Part shown: positions 1 through 11,675 of the stretch, piece by piece
How the letters are laid out: each line of letters starts with the position of its first letter
Position numbering within the stretch: position 1 is the stretch's first letter
Source of the DNA: Chiloscyllium plagiosum
Taxonomy: Eukaryota
Direction of reading: 5' to 3'
Assembly: GCF_004010195.1 (NCBI RefSeq)
Contig: NW_025214587.1
Span: forward strand, 1-46,876
DNA length: 46,876 nucleotides
The notes under the pieces: model-generated
The model's database searches: none
Seen by the model: the letters and a program-made list of their open reading frames with translations, nothing else
Told to the model about the DNA's origin: nothing
Translations under genes and position numbers: made by a program

Positions 1-1325
1 TCCTCCCAATACAATTTACTTCATTGTTGTAGGACTAACTTACTGAATGAATTCTTTAAAAATCCTCCTGATATCCAACTATACCACATCCACTTTGTTC
101 TCCATTGTTTAGATCGACAATGGATATTTCAAGCAAACGTTTTGTAAATGTTGCCTTCCCTTTCAGAATTCTGGCATCATCCTCTCGACGTTTGCTATAA
201 CATTCCAAGTGTCCAATATCACATTCTTTATAATACATTCTGACAGATTCCCCACTGTGAACAATAAGTTTACTGGTCTCCCTCTTCTTCACTTTGTAAA
301 TCCTTAGAATGCATTTATAACCTTCCAAATTGAATATGTAAAGATACAGTGATTCCCAATGCAATTATTATGTCCATTTCTGATTTCTCTGAAATTCTGG
401 TATGAAGTACATTTGGTCTGTCAGACTTATTAATATCAATACTCAAGGACAGTTTTCAAACTGTACCTTGTCACTGATATGAATGATTTTAGTCTTTAGT
501 TACACAAGTCCCATGGTCATTTGATATTCCCAGGAGATTTTCTGGACCTTCCTCCGTGAAGACTGATATAAAGTAATTGGTTAGTTTCACGATCATTTTT
601 CTGTTCTCCACAATACATTACCCTGTCCACACATTCACTCTTCCACATTTGACCTTGCTTTTATTTTCCTTTCAAATATTCAGAGGTTTTTCGTCAGTCT
701 TTTTGTTTCTGGTTAGTTTGTATTGCTGCTCTCTTTATAATTTACTTATCAGTTTATCAGTCCCCTTTTGTTGCGTCCAAAATTTCAATGATTCCACAAT
801 AGATTACCCTTCTCTAACGCACATCCATCGATCTTATTCAATTATTAACTTCTTTTGTTCACCATCATTGAGTCACCATTCACTTTTGCGATTTATGCCT
901 TGGAGGTATATATGTATATTGTAGACCTTACAGTATTTCTGTAAAAAGCAGACATTTCCTTGCTTTCATTAAGTCACTTTAATGTACTTTTCAAATTCAC
1001 TAAAGCCAAGTTTATTTTCGTATCTTAATGGCTTGCACGACTCAGATGTATGCTCTTAATATAAGGGAAAAATTGCTTGTATTCAGCCGTCATGTAAAAT
1101 TCAATATATTAAGATCACTATTCCCCAAAGCTCTTCTACAGCAAAGTCTTCGATTTGCTCTTCTGATCACACAACACCAATTCCAAAATTGCCTGAACAG
1201 CTCGGTGCTCAATATATTACTAAAGCAACCCGTCTCAGACATGCTGATGAAATCCGTTTTCCCAGCATTAACATTCACTTGGGTAAACACTGGTGAGATG
1301 TAACTTGAAGCTGTCCATTATTACT
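1..1325 (-). mobile_element. Decayed CR1-clade LINE ORF2 fragment (endonuclease to reverse transcriptase)
   Basis: Minus-strand translation near 1325 gives VIMDSFKLHL (cf. CR1 EN IMGDFNLH). Positions 1-330 give frameshifted remnants of the RPVSLTS...KGKS.LTNLLE...D.GE.VDIVYLD RT block. Many stops. Confidence 0.7.
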
Positions 1326-1510
1326 NNNNNNNNNNNNNNNNNNNNNNNNNNNNNNNNNNNNNNNNNNNNNNNNNNNNNNNNNNNNNNNNNNNNNNNNNNN
1401 NNNNNNNNNNNNNNNNNNNNNNNNNNNNNNNNNNNNNNNNNNNNNNNNNNNNNNNNNNNNNNNNNNNNNNNNNNNNNNNNNNNNNNNNNNNNNNNNNNNN
1501 NNNNNNNNNN
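1326..1510. other. Assembly gap / N run (185 nt)
   Basis: Run of N in sequence. Confidence 1.
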
Positions 1511-1861
1511 AGACAAGATGTTTGGCGAGGCATATCTCAACATGGTTATTATCTCACTACATCTTCCCCGTTCTTCTCAAGCGTCATTCTGAGATTTTCT
1601 CCAGATCTCCCGTTATGCTTGTGGAATAGAGAAGGACAATGATCTTTTAGCAAAGCTGTGTATTCCCCAGACAGCTGAGACTGCTATAACCTGGGTGGGA
1701 ACATTACAGTAGGTTGGTAAAGAGTTGCTACTGCTGTACAGGATCTTAGTGAGATCACATCTGGAGTAGTGGACACAGATTTAATCTCCTCACTGAGGAA
1801 AGGATGTTAGAATGAACTCAAAGATTGTTCCCTCAGCTGATTTCTGCAACGAAGGTGTTAA

Positions 1862-2140
1862 TCATAAAATCTCTACAGTGTGGAAGCAGGCCATTTGACC
1901 CATCGACTCCACACTGATCCGCCGAAGACCATCCCATCTAATCCCACCAGCCACCCCACCCAATCTTGTAACCTGGTATTTTCCATGACTGATGCACTTG
2001 GCCTCCACATCCCCAAATATTATGAGTAATTTAGCTTGGCCAATCTATGTTATCTGCACATCGTTGGACTGTGGGAGGAAACTGGAGACTGAAATTGAAT
2101 GAGGATCTCTGGTGCAGTGAGAAAGCAGTGCTAACCACTG
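1862..2140 (-). mobile_element. Decayed HE1-like V-SINE (within duplication copy A)
   Basis: Antisense tail tacagtgtggaagcaggcc, V-domain-like ggactgtgggaggaaactggag and antisense head gcagtgctaaccactg. Confidence 0.8.
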
Positions 2141-2559
2141 AGATACCCAGTGTGGGCAACACACCTTGCCTGCATAGTTCAGCCCTTGAAAAGTGCCATT
2201 TGAGCAGGGAGATTCCATAAGTCCCCAAACCTGTCATTGAGCGACAGTAGGTGGACATTGAGATCTTGAGCAGCTTGATCAGGAACAGAAACAGGAACAG
2301 GAACATGACATGCAAGTCCATTGAGACTATAATGTATGAACACCGGGAGGACATTCCGCCCAGCGAGTGTGTAAATCAGGAACAGAATGAGTCCAATCAG
2401 CCACTCATGCCTCTTACACAGCAATTGGAACAGATCTTTTACAGCCTTGTACCTGTTACACAGGAATTGTGAAAGGGAACATAGAGGTTATCGAAAGGGA
2501 AGGACTTCGAATAACCAGCTTCACTGGGGAATGAAAAGTAGTGAGAAAACTTTTGGGAT

Positions 2560-2860
2560 TGAAGACAAATTATTAGAATCCGTTATGAAGGAATTAATAA
2601 CAGGAGATATCCAAAGTCAAGCCACAATTCAGCACAGTCAACATAGTTTTACGAAGGATAAACCAAGTTTGAATGGGTTGACTAACTTTCTTTAAATAAA
2701 ACGTAACAAGCTAGTTGGATAATGGGGATCAGATTGATGTCTTATATCTGGACTTCCAGACATCAGTGCATAACCTGCGTTGCCAAAGATTAATATGCAA
2801 GCAAGAACACATGGGGTTAGGAACAATTTACTTGCTAGTTGATAGGATTAGTGAACCAGT
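2560..2860 (+). mobile_element. CR1 RT fragment (copy A; paralogous piece at ~4765-5045)
   Basis: KLLESVMKELITGDIQ...SQHSFTKDK..LTNFL then DNGDQIDVLYLDFQ, matching the CR1 SQHGFMKGKSCLTNL / DVVYLDFQ region. Confidence 0.8.
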
Positions 2861-2874
2861 AAAAGCCATGATAT

Positions 2875-3407
2875 AGAGCTGCTGGTTTTGGACTGGGTTG
2901 GACAAGGTCAAAAATCAAATGACACCAAGTTAGAGCCCAATGGGTGTAGTTGTAAACACAAGATTTTATTGCGCTGCTCCTTCATCAGGTGTAAGAGAGA
3001 GGAAGACCTTAAACACAGAGGTTATAAGGAAAAGATCAAAGGATTGTACAACTTCAGCGTATGAATTGTACACATCCAAGATGGCTCTGAAATACTTTAC
3101 CAGTTAGAATGGATGTGCAAGTTTGATTGATTAATAAGCAAATCCCGGAATTTATTTCAAGTCACTATCTGGAGATGCCTTCAGGTAAATGAAGTAACGC
3201 TTGCGGTCAGACAATGTATTCTAAGCGTGAGCCCTTGATTGGACGCTGTCTGTGTCTTCACCTGGAGTCAGACTAGTTTCATTTACAAAGTAGGAGTTTG
3301 TAAAATATCACATTGACTGACTGTCTATAAATTGTATGTTAATGGAACAAATAAAATGCATCTGCTAATACAAATTGACAAATGCAAATTCACCCCGCAG
3401 ATTTATA
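2875..3407 (-). mobile_element. Penelope-like element terminal repeat remnant (copy A; paralogue ~5061-5497)
   Basis: Antisense cacctgatgaaggagcagcgc plus ttggactgggttggacaagg..acaccaagttag, a terminal sequence type I recognise from shark Penelope-like elements. Confidence 0.55.
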
Positions 3408-3840
3408 NNNNNNNNNNNNNNNNNNNNNNNNNNNNNNNNNNNNNNNNNNNNNNNNNNNNNNNNNNNNNNNNNNNNNNNNNNNNNNNNNNNNNNNNNNNNN
3501 NNNNNNNNNNNNNNNNNNNNNNNNNNNNNNNNNNNNNNNNNNNNNNNNNNNNNNNNNNNNNNNNNNNNNNNNNNNNNNNNNNNNNNNNNNNNNNNNNNNN
3601 NNNNNNNNNNNNNNNNNNNNNNNNNNNNNNNNNNNNNNNNNNNNNNNNNNNNNNNNNNNNNNNNNNNNNNNNNNNNNNNNNNNNNNNNNNNNNNNNNNNN
3701 NNNNNNNNNNNNNNNNNNNNNNNNNNNNNNNNNNNNNNNNNNNNNNNNNNNNNNNNNNNNNNNNNNNNNNNNNNNNNNNNNNNNNNNNNNNNNNNNNNNN
3801 NNNNNNNNNNNNNNNNNNNNNNNNNNNNNNNNNNNNNNNN
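3408..3840. other. Assembly gap / N run (433 nt)
   Basis: Run of N in sequence. Confidence 1.
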
Positions 3841-5497
3841 TTATGCTGGTGAAGTAGAGAAGGGCAATGATCTTTCAACAATGCTGTGTATTCCCCCAGA
3901 CAGCTGAGCCTGCTCTAACCTGGCGACCTTACAGCAGGCTGGTAGAGCGTTGCTGCTGCTGTACCGAATCTTGGTGAGATCACACCTGGAGTACTGTGCA
4001 CAGATTTAATCTCCTCCCTGAGGAAAGGATATTGGAATTAACTCAGAGGTTATTCCCTGAACTGTAATGAAGGTGTTATCATAAAATTTCTACAGTGTGA
4101 AACCAAGCCATTTGACCCATCGACTCCACACTGATCCGCCAAAGACCATCCCATCCAATTCCACCACCCATCCCACCTAACCTTGTAACCTGGCATTTTC
4201 CATAACTGATACACATGGCCTCCACATCTCCGAACAGTATGGATGATTTAGCGTGGCCAATCCACCTAGCATGCACATCTTGGGACTGAGGGAGGAATCT
4301 GGAGACTGAAATTGAATCTGAATCCCTGGTGCTGTGAGGCAGCAATGCTAAACACGATGTTACCTAGTGTGGGGAACACAACTTGCCTGCACAGTTCAGT
4401 CCTTGAAAAGTGACATTTGAGCCAGGAGTTTTCATAACTCCCCAAACTTGTCATTGAGCAACAGGAAGAGGACATTGAGGTCTTGAGCGGCTTGGTCAGA
4501 AACAGGTGCAGGACATTCAGGCCATCAGGACTAATGTCAGAACACCAGGAGGACTTTCAGTCCCTCGTGTGTGTAAAGCCAGAACATAATGGGTCCATTT
4601 AGTCACTCATCCCTCTTGTAAAGCAACTGGAACAGATTTTTTACATCCTTGTACCTGTTACACAGGAATTGTGAAAAGGAACGTAGAGGTTATAGAAAGA
4701 GAAGGACTTCGAATAACCAGCTTCACTGGGAAATGGAAAGTAGTGAAAAAACTATTGGGATTGAAGACAAAATGTTAGAATACGTCATGAAGGAATTAAT
4801 AACAGGAGATTTCCAAAGCCAAGCCACAATCCAGCAAAGTCAACATAGCTTTATGAACGATAAATCATGTTTGAATGAGTTGACTAACTTCCTTTAAAGA
4901 AAACGTAACAAGCAAGATGAATAATGGGGATCCTATCGATGTATGACATCAGTGCGTAACGTGCATCGCAAAAGATTAATAGGCAAAACAAGAACGCATG
5001 GGGTTAGGAACAATTTACTTGATGGGGAGAGGATTAGCTAATCAGTAAAAGACATGATATGGAGCCACTAGTTTTGGACTGGGTTGGACAAGGACAAAAA
5101 TCAAATGACACCAGGTTAGAGTCCAATGGGTCAACTAGGAAACACAAGGTTTCATTGTGCTGAAACCTTCATCAGGTGTAAGAGAGAGGAAAACCTTAAG
5201 CACAGAAGTCATAAGGGAAATATGAAAGGCTTGTACAACTCATGCACATGAATTGTCCACACAAATAAGATGGCTCTTAAGTAATTAATCAGTTATAACG
5301 GAGGTGCGAGTTTGATTGATTAATATGCAAATCGCAGAATTTATTTCAAGTCACTGCCTGGAGATACCTTCAGGTACTATCGATGTAAATGGAGTAACAC
5401 TTACGATCAGACAATGTATTCTAAGCGTGAGGGTTTGTTTGGAATCTGTCTGTGTCTTGACCTGGAGTTGGACTGGTTTTATTTAGAAAGTAGGAGT
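3841..5497. repeat. Tandem segmental duplication, copy B
   Basis: Colinear diverged copy of 1613-3297, offset ~2.2 kb. Confidence 0.95.
4078..4352 (-). mobile_element. Decayed HE1-like V-SINE (within duplication copy B)
   Basis: Paralogue of 1862-2140; antisense ccctggtgctgtgaggcagcaatgctaa head. Confidence 0.8.
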
Positions 5498-5750
5498 AGC
5501 ACGTGTGCATATGTGTGAGAGAGGGGCGTGTCTGTGTGAAGGGGAGAGAGAGACACACTGCGTGTACGTGAGAGAGAGTGAGGTGGAGTGTGCGTATGAG
5601 TGCGGGAGGGAGAGAGAGACTATGTGTGCATGCGTGTGTGACAGAGTGGAGTGCATGTGTGGAACGTGAGAGAGGGGGAGTGTGAATGTGTGTGAGGGGC
5701 GGATAGGGAGAGTGTGCATCATTGTATGTTACGGGGAGAGTGAGAGTGTC
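5498..5750. repeat. Degenerate (GT)/(GA) compound microsatellite
   Basis: gtgtgagagagg-type low-complexity run; truncates copy B. Confidence 0.85.
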
Positions 5751-6589
5751 TGCTTGTCCAGGCTAAGATACAGACTGATACGGCTGATCACTTTCCCCAC
5801 ACTCACTCACCAGCTTCCCCTCTCTGCAGCCTCTGTTCCATTTGTTGTTCATGTTACAGACCCAGATGTTGTAAATACAGTCCCCATGCTCCATCCAGAG
5901 TTGGTCACCAAATCCTCAGGACTCCCTGAATGTCTGAGGCAGCTCACAGCACAACCTCCAGCAAACCATCTCCAGCCCCTCCATTAACTTTTCAATAACA
6001 GGAGTCAGTCACAAACCCTTCAGCTTCAAGTTAGATGCCTGGTCCTTTACAATTATACTCAAGAGTCTTCCTCGTGTTACTGACCGCGCAATCAACTGAG
6101 AGAGACAAACAGAGGCAGGCGCACACCAAGTTTGAAAAACGCGAGTCAAAGCTCCTGGAAAACCTGTCCATGGAGCACCACATGAGACATATCGAGAAGT
6201 GAACAACAGCCTGACACACACCATTTCACTGTTTCTGAGGTTTACCATGCCAGCACTCGATACACGAGAAAGTCAAAAGCCAAAGCCAGGGAAAGATACA
6301 GAAAAAAGTCAAATAATTAATTAACTGATAACTTGGTGAAAATGTGGATAAGGAGATGGGGGGATTGGAATAACTGGATAAGTGAGACAACAGTGGGTCC
6401 AATCACAAGAATGCACACATTGAAAGACATTGCAAGATCAGCTGGAATGGTCCATTGCCTCAAATTTTGAATCTGCTTCACAGAACCAGCTCAGACACCA
6501 TAAACTGAGGTAGCGGCTAAGATGGAGAGCTATGCAGACCGTGCTGGTGGACTACTCCATTAACTGGACTATCTGAACAGCATAGGGGG

Positions 6590-8125
6590 CATTGCAAACC
6601 TTTGCCAGGATATTGCAACCCTCTACCACCACTCTCTGTCTCCGACCTTTGAACCAAATGGCTAGTTCTCCATGTATTTCACATGAATCAACCTTGTTAA
6701 ACAGATGACAATGCACAATGTTGTTCAACGCCTCACTGATATCCATATCGACAATGTACACCACCCTATCTCAATTAATCTTCTTAGTTGCTTGTTCAAA
6801 GAAATCTCAGTCAAGTCAGTAACACAAAATTGCTTGCACAAAGCCATATTGACTATCCCTAATCCGTTGTTACATTTCAAAATGCATGAACATCATATGC
6901 CTCATAATCCCCTCCAACAACTTACCCACCACTGACGTCAGGCTTACTGGCTCTTCCTTATTACCCTTCTTAAATCCTTTAAGTAGTGGCACCACGTTAG
7001 CCTACCTCCAGTCTTCCGGCACTTTACCTGTGGCTATCAATGATAGCAAGGGACCGAACAATCAGTTCCGTAGCTTCCCACAGAGTTCTAGCGTACATCG
7101 AATAAATACCAGGACATTTTCCTACCTAAGTATGTTTTAAGACCTCCAGCAGCTCCTCTGTAATACAGACACTTTCCAAGATGTCACTACTTATTTTCCA
7201 AGTTCTCTAGCTTTCATATCCTCCTTCACAGTAAATACTGATCCACAGTATTAGTTCAGCACCTCCCCCATTTTCTGTCGTTCTGCACATGGGCAGCCTT
7301 GCTGATCTTTAAGGATGTCCTATTCTCTCCACAGTTACTCTTTTATCCTTGACGTATTTGTAGAATTCCTTTGGATTCTCCTTAAGTCTATTTGCCAAAG
7401 CTATCACATGCCCCTTTTTATGCTCCCAATTTCCCTCTTAAGTATGCTCTTGTTGACTTCAGACACTTCTAGTGATTCACTTTAAATCAGGAATTAAGAG
7501 GCTAATAATGACCATTTCGATTGTCAGAAAAATCCATCTGATTCACTGACATGCTTTAAGAAAACAAACTGCCATTCTTACCTGGTCTGGCCGAGAAGTG
7601 ACTCCAGACTCACAACAATGTGGTTGACTGCTATATGCCCTCTGGGCAATTAGGGATAGGTAATAGATGCTTGCCTAGTCAGGGACGCTCTCATCCTGTG
7701 AATGAATTAAGAAACAACCCTCAATTCCTGAAATGTGCTTCCCTTTTATCCGTGACCAGAACCTCAACATCTCCGATCCTCCAGCATTCCTTACACGTAC
7801 CAGCCTTACCCTTCACCCTAACAGGGCCATAATGTCTCTGTACTCCTGACATCTCACTTTTGGAGGCTTCCACTTACAAAATGACTCCCTCTTCTGAGAA
7901 TATATGTCCCAATCGAATTTGGAAAATTCTTAGTTAATGTCATCAAAATTGGATTTCAACAATTTATAACTTTGAGTTTTAGACCTGGTTCATCCTTTCC
8001 ATCTCTATTTTAAAACTAATAGAATTATGATGATTTGCATAAAATGCTCCCCCAATGATACCTCAACCATCCCCTCCCCACTGCCTTATTTCCCAAGTTA
8101 AGGTGACGTTTTGCTCCTTCTCTGT
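6590..8125 (-). mobile_element. Decayed CR1 ORF2 fragment, interrupted by a SINE at ~7484-7715
   Basis: IVDMDISEALNNIVH..GELAIW..GRRQRVVVEGC (cf. DVVYMDFSKAFDKVPH...GRRQRVVVEG); upstream antisense VPEDWR.ANVVPL region near 6985-7030. Confidence 0.85.
7484..7715 (+). mobile_element. Second (non-HE1) elasmobranch SINE family, 3' half
   Basis: aaaatccatctgattcact..acctggtctggcc..gtgactccagac..gggcaattagggatagg..gaatgaattaagaaa; homologous to 15658-16170 and 26141-26343. Confidence 0.7.
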
Positions 8126-8504
8126 GATGGAGTGCATTGGCCAAGCAGCTGCAGCGTTTTAATTGGGATTTGTGTCAGCAGGGTCTTCGACTCATTGGAT
8201 TGAATCGAACAATAACTTGTCTCAATGCCATTTTCATTGAGTGTGACAGAGGGATTGTCTGCACGAGGCTGAACTAGTTTCCTGGTGCTATCTAATCGGC
8301 ATCAACTCATTACCTACCCACCCCACCCCATAGTATCCCTCTCATTCAATACCACCCGATGCTCCCACTCATCAAAGTTGTAGATAACCACCATTACCCG
8401 CATGCCCCTTGGTCTTCCGTGATCCCTGGCACTGGTGCCATCTTTAAATGGCACATGGTTGAGCTTTGTCAGGTTGGCACTGCCCTGCACAGTTTATCCT
8501 GACC

Positions 8505-8920
8505 ATGGCAGATAAGGGACAATTACACCATGGTTTGTCGGCAGAAAGACGGTGGTTCTGGTGGATGGGTTAGTACAGAGGGGGACCATTCTCTTCCCAG
8601 CGGGGGCCACACCACTCGACATAGCGAGCATGGTCTGAGCTCACCACCAAGCATGCAGCATCTTCCCCATCTCTCCTTCCCCTCTACTATATCTCCCTCA
8701 CTAATAGCAATGCTTGGATGCAACACTGTTGACTGACTCCCTCTGGACACCTCCCCCCCTCCCTCAACTACAACAGTACTAACAGCAGCGGGGTCATCCA
8801 CTCTCACCCTCACTCCATTCTTCCCAGTCTCTTATTAAAGGACAAACAGGTCGGAATAGGATACAAAGAGTGAAGCCGGGTGGTAGAGTGCCCGATATCC
8901 ATCTCCCCACCCACAACCCC
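8505..8920 (+). pseudogene. Harbinger-associated Myb/SANT-like (trihelix) gene remnant, two exon blocks
   Basis: ATG 8505 MADKGQL / frameshift / PWFVGRKTVVLVDGLVQRGTILFP..RAWSE. Second block from ~8841 DK..NRIQRVKPGGRVPDIHLPT (cf. HNRRERAKTGGG.PDI.LLTP). Homologous to 44780-45290. Confidence 0.65.
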
Positions 8921-9134
8921 TTTACCTGTGTGCCTGTATTTGACTCTGTGGGCATCTATACGTGGGTGCAGGCCCGACAGTCTCTGTGGTGTTTAAAATT
9001 ACACAATCGCTCCCTCAGCTGGCCTCCACACCCTACTGCAGTGACAATGACAGAGGGTGATAACCTTCGAAGATTCAGTGTGGGTGGAAGAGAGGGCAGC
9101 AGCTCACAGCACGATCTAAACTGGCAGCATCATC

Positions 9135-9148
9135 AACACACACACAAG

Positions 9149-9194
<46 letters not shown>

Positions 9195-9202
9195 TCACAC
9201 AC
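9135..9202. repeat. (CA)n microsatellite
   Basis: Direct inspection. Confidence 0.95.
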
Positions 9203-9589
9203 AATGCTGGTAGAAGGTGGAGGGTTGCAAATATACTTAGGCCTGTCAGAATGGAAATGCTCACATCTGAGAGAACCATTTTGTCAGGAGATGAGATGAA
9301 TTGATTTCACATTCTGTGACTTGCAATGCTTAAAAAATATGCGAGAATGTATTGAAAAGTCCAGAAAAAGGCCCAGTAGTGTTGGTAATGACGCAGGAAC
9401 AACATTGCTTAGTATCAGACAAAACTGCTCTGTGCGTCCAAAGATATTATTTCAAAAATCAAATGGTTGTCTAATTTGAGAGATTCACAGCAAAGGACTT
9501 GTTATCTTCTCAGAGAGTTAAAAACTGTGCCACTGATGCAGTGGTGTGGGGAGGTCAGCAGAGGGAGGTATTGTATGAATCTAATCATA

Positions 9590-9870
9590 AAACTCGATGG
9601 TTCGCACTGAGCCTCACAGTGCCAGGCACCCATGCTCAATTCCACCCTTGGGCGACAGTCTGTGTGGAGATTCACATTCTCCCCGTGTGTGTGTGGGTTT
9701 CCACCGGGTGCTCTGGTTTCCACCCACAGTCCAACAATGTGGATGTTATGTGAATTGGATACGATAAATTGTCCATAGTGCCCAGGGATATGTATGTTAG
9801 GGGCATTAGTCAGGGAACCACGTAGAATATCATTTGAACTGGTCTGGGTGGGTTACTCTTGGGAGCAGAC
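9590..9870 (+). mobile_element. Decayed HE1-like V-SINE
   Basis: tggttcgcactgagcctcacagtgccagg head; gtctgtgtggagattcacattctccccgtg..gggtttccaccgggtgctctggtttc V-domain. Confidence 0.85.
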
Positions 9871-10149
9871 AGGAAAGGGATGTTTAGTTACAATCGCATC
9901 AACAATGTACATTCTGAATTGTGCAGCAGGTGCGAGGGGCTGAATGGCCAGCTGCTGGACCTAACCCATGTGTTGTTCTCTCAAGCATTCAGTAATGTTA
10001 CAGAGGTAAAGGAAGATCTCATTCAGCCAGTCAGCATCGTTATAATGAGACAGGTGGAGACCATTCTGTCCTCTATGGATTTATGGAGGAAGATCAGTTA
10101 GCTCATTCACCAAGGTAGTCATTTAACTGGACATGGAGACTCTGTAATG

Positions 10150-11085
10150 GGAAACAGACAGGGGAAGTTCGTGAGCAACACTTTGGCAGAAAACAGTATA
10201 ATGTGGTTAAGGGAAATCAGTGCTGTGTTGAACAGGTAAAATATCAGTAACCTACTTAAATGGAGAGAACATCGATGAACTCATTGTTACAGAGGGATTT
10301 GTATGTATCGTTACATGAGCTAGATAAACCTAGTCAGCAGATTCAGCAAGTGATTCGGAAAGTGTATCGAATGATGCTGTTTCATGAAAACGCTATTGGG
10401 TTTAATCATTGGGATGTTTTACTGCATCTGTAGATGACAATGCTGAGACTTCATCGAATATCTTGTGTATAGTAATGAACCCCTAAACTGAAAGAAAACA
10501 TGCAATTGTTTCAGAAGCTTTTCACAGATGCTTTACTTTACTTCTTGCTGGAATGAAGCCCTGATGGAATCATAGTGTTGTACAGCACAGAAACAGACCA
10601 TTCAGTCCAGCTCATCTGCACCGACCAGATATTCCAATCTGATGTCGTACCAATCTGATGTAGCAGCATTAGATCCATAACCATATAAACGCTTCCTATT
10701 CATATACCCATCCATTGTTTCTTAAATGTTGTAATTGTACCAGCCTCCTCCACTTTCGCTGCCAGCTCGCTCCATGCACGCACTAGCCTCTGCGTAAAAA
10801 AAGTTACCCTTCAGGTATCTTCTTAATCTTTCCCCTCTCACCTTAAATCACGACTCTATGGTTTGGACTCCTACAGCCTTGGAAAATAACCTTGGCTGTT
10901 CCCTGAATCCATGCCCCTCATGGCATCTACAAGGTCAGAACACTTCAAGCCTGAGAATGAGACATGTTCATATTGAACCATATAAGCCCGTGAGGAGAGT
11001 TTATTGGAGTGTAGTTAATGGATGAGAGAATAAAACTAAGCATTCAGTTTTAGAAGACAACATATTCTTTTTAACACAGGTACTA
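10150..11085. mobile_element. CR1 mosaic: old plus-strand RT-end fragment with a minus-strand CR1 3' end inserted at ~10565-10935
   Basis: Plus-strand VTEGF..LHE / LRLHR.SCV remnants; antisense tail gtacagcacagaaacagaccattcagtcc. Confidence 0.6.
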
Positions 11086-11614
11086 TGAAGACATGAATTT
11101 ATTGTACAAAAATAATGCAGATACATCTAAACATACCTTCAAATTATATATTACAAATCATTCCAAAATGGAGCATATAACAGGGATGGAGTCATGCAAT
11201 CAGGGAAATGTTCCACCAGACCTTATACATGGTGTTCGGGTCACATTATTGCATGTTTCAGATCAGACAGGGAGAAAATGTAACCTGTCGTAGAAGCAAA
11301 CGGTTTTTTCTCTATATCTACTTGTACGTCTCTACAGCAACATATGCGAGCTGAAAACCAATCAGCCATCATTAGCACTCTTTGAGGGTTCCTGTTGAGG
11401 ATTCATTGGAATTTCTCCACTGCCTGCAGAGAAGGGAATTCAATGAAATCCAACTGTTCCAGGAAGAAACCCCAGTGCTAGCAGCTTCTGTGAGGCAGAA
11501 TAACAATTGACACATTTTCAATTTTGCTTTTCTCATGAAATTAACTGTTATTTGGTAAAAACCTCTCCAAACTAATATACTGCAGAGTTTCTTTTTTTTT
11601 CTGTTTGCATTCAC

Positions 11615-11675
11615 GTGTGAGTGTTTGTGTGTGTGTGTGTGTCTGTGTGTGTGTGTCTGTGTGTGTCTTTGTGTG
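11615..11675. repeat. (TG)n microsatellite
   Basis: Direct inspection. Confidence 0.95.

Larger units (their letters stand above)
1613..3297. repeat. Tandem segmental duplication, copy A
   Basis: Colinear with 3841-5497 from ttatgc..tagagaagg to aaagtaggagt; same order of CR1 piece, SINE, unique core, CR1 RT piece and Penelope-type end. Confidence 0.95.

Noticed and set aside
2031..2354. Secreted protein with signal peptide (MFLFLFLFLIKLL)
   Set aside because: The hydrophobic run comes from a short (AGGAAC)n expansion absent from the paralogous copy, and the ORF runs into a SINE
2180..2460. TNF-receptor-like Cys-rich exon (CPPG..PCSNGTF)
   Set aside because: Multiple stops in that frame and cysteines are not retained in copy B
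1268..3907. X-rich ORFs, also at 22819-23305
   Set aside because: Artefacts of translating through N gaps
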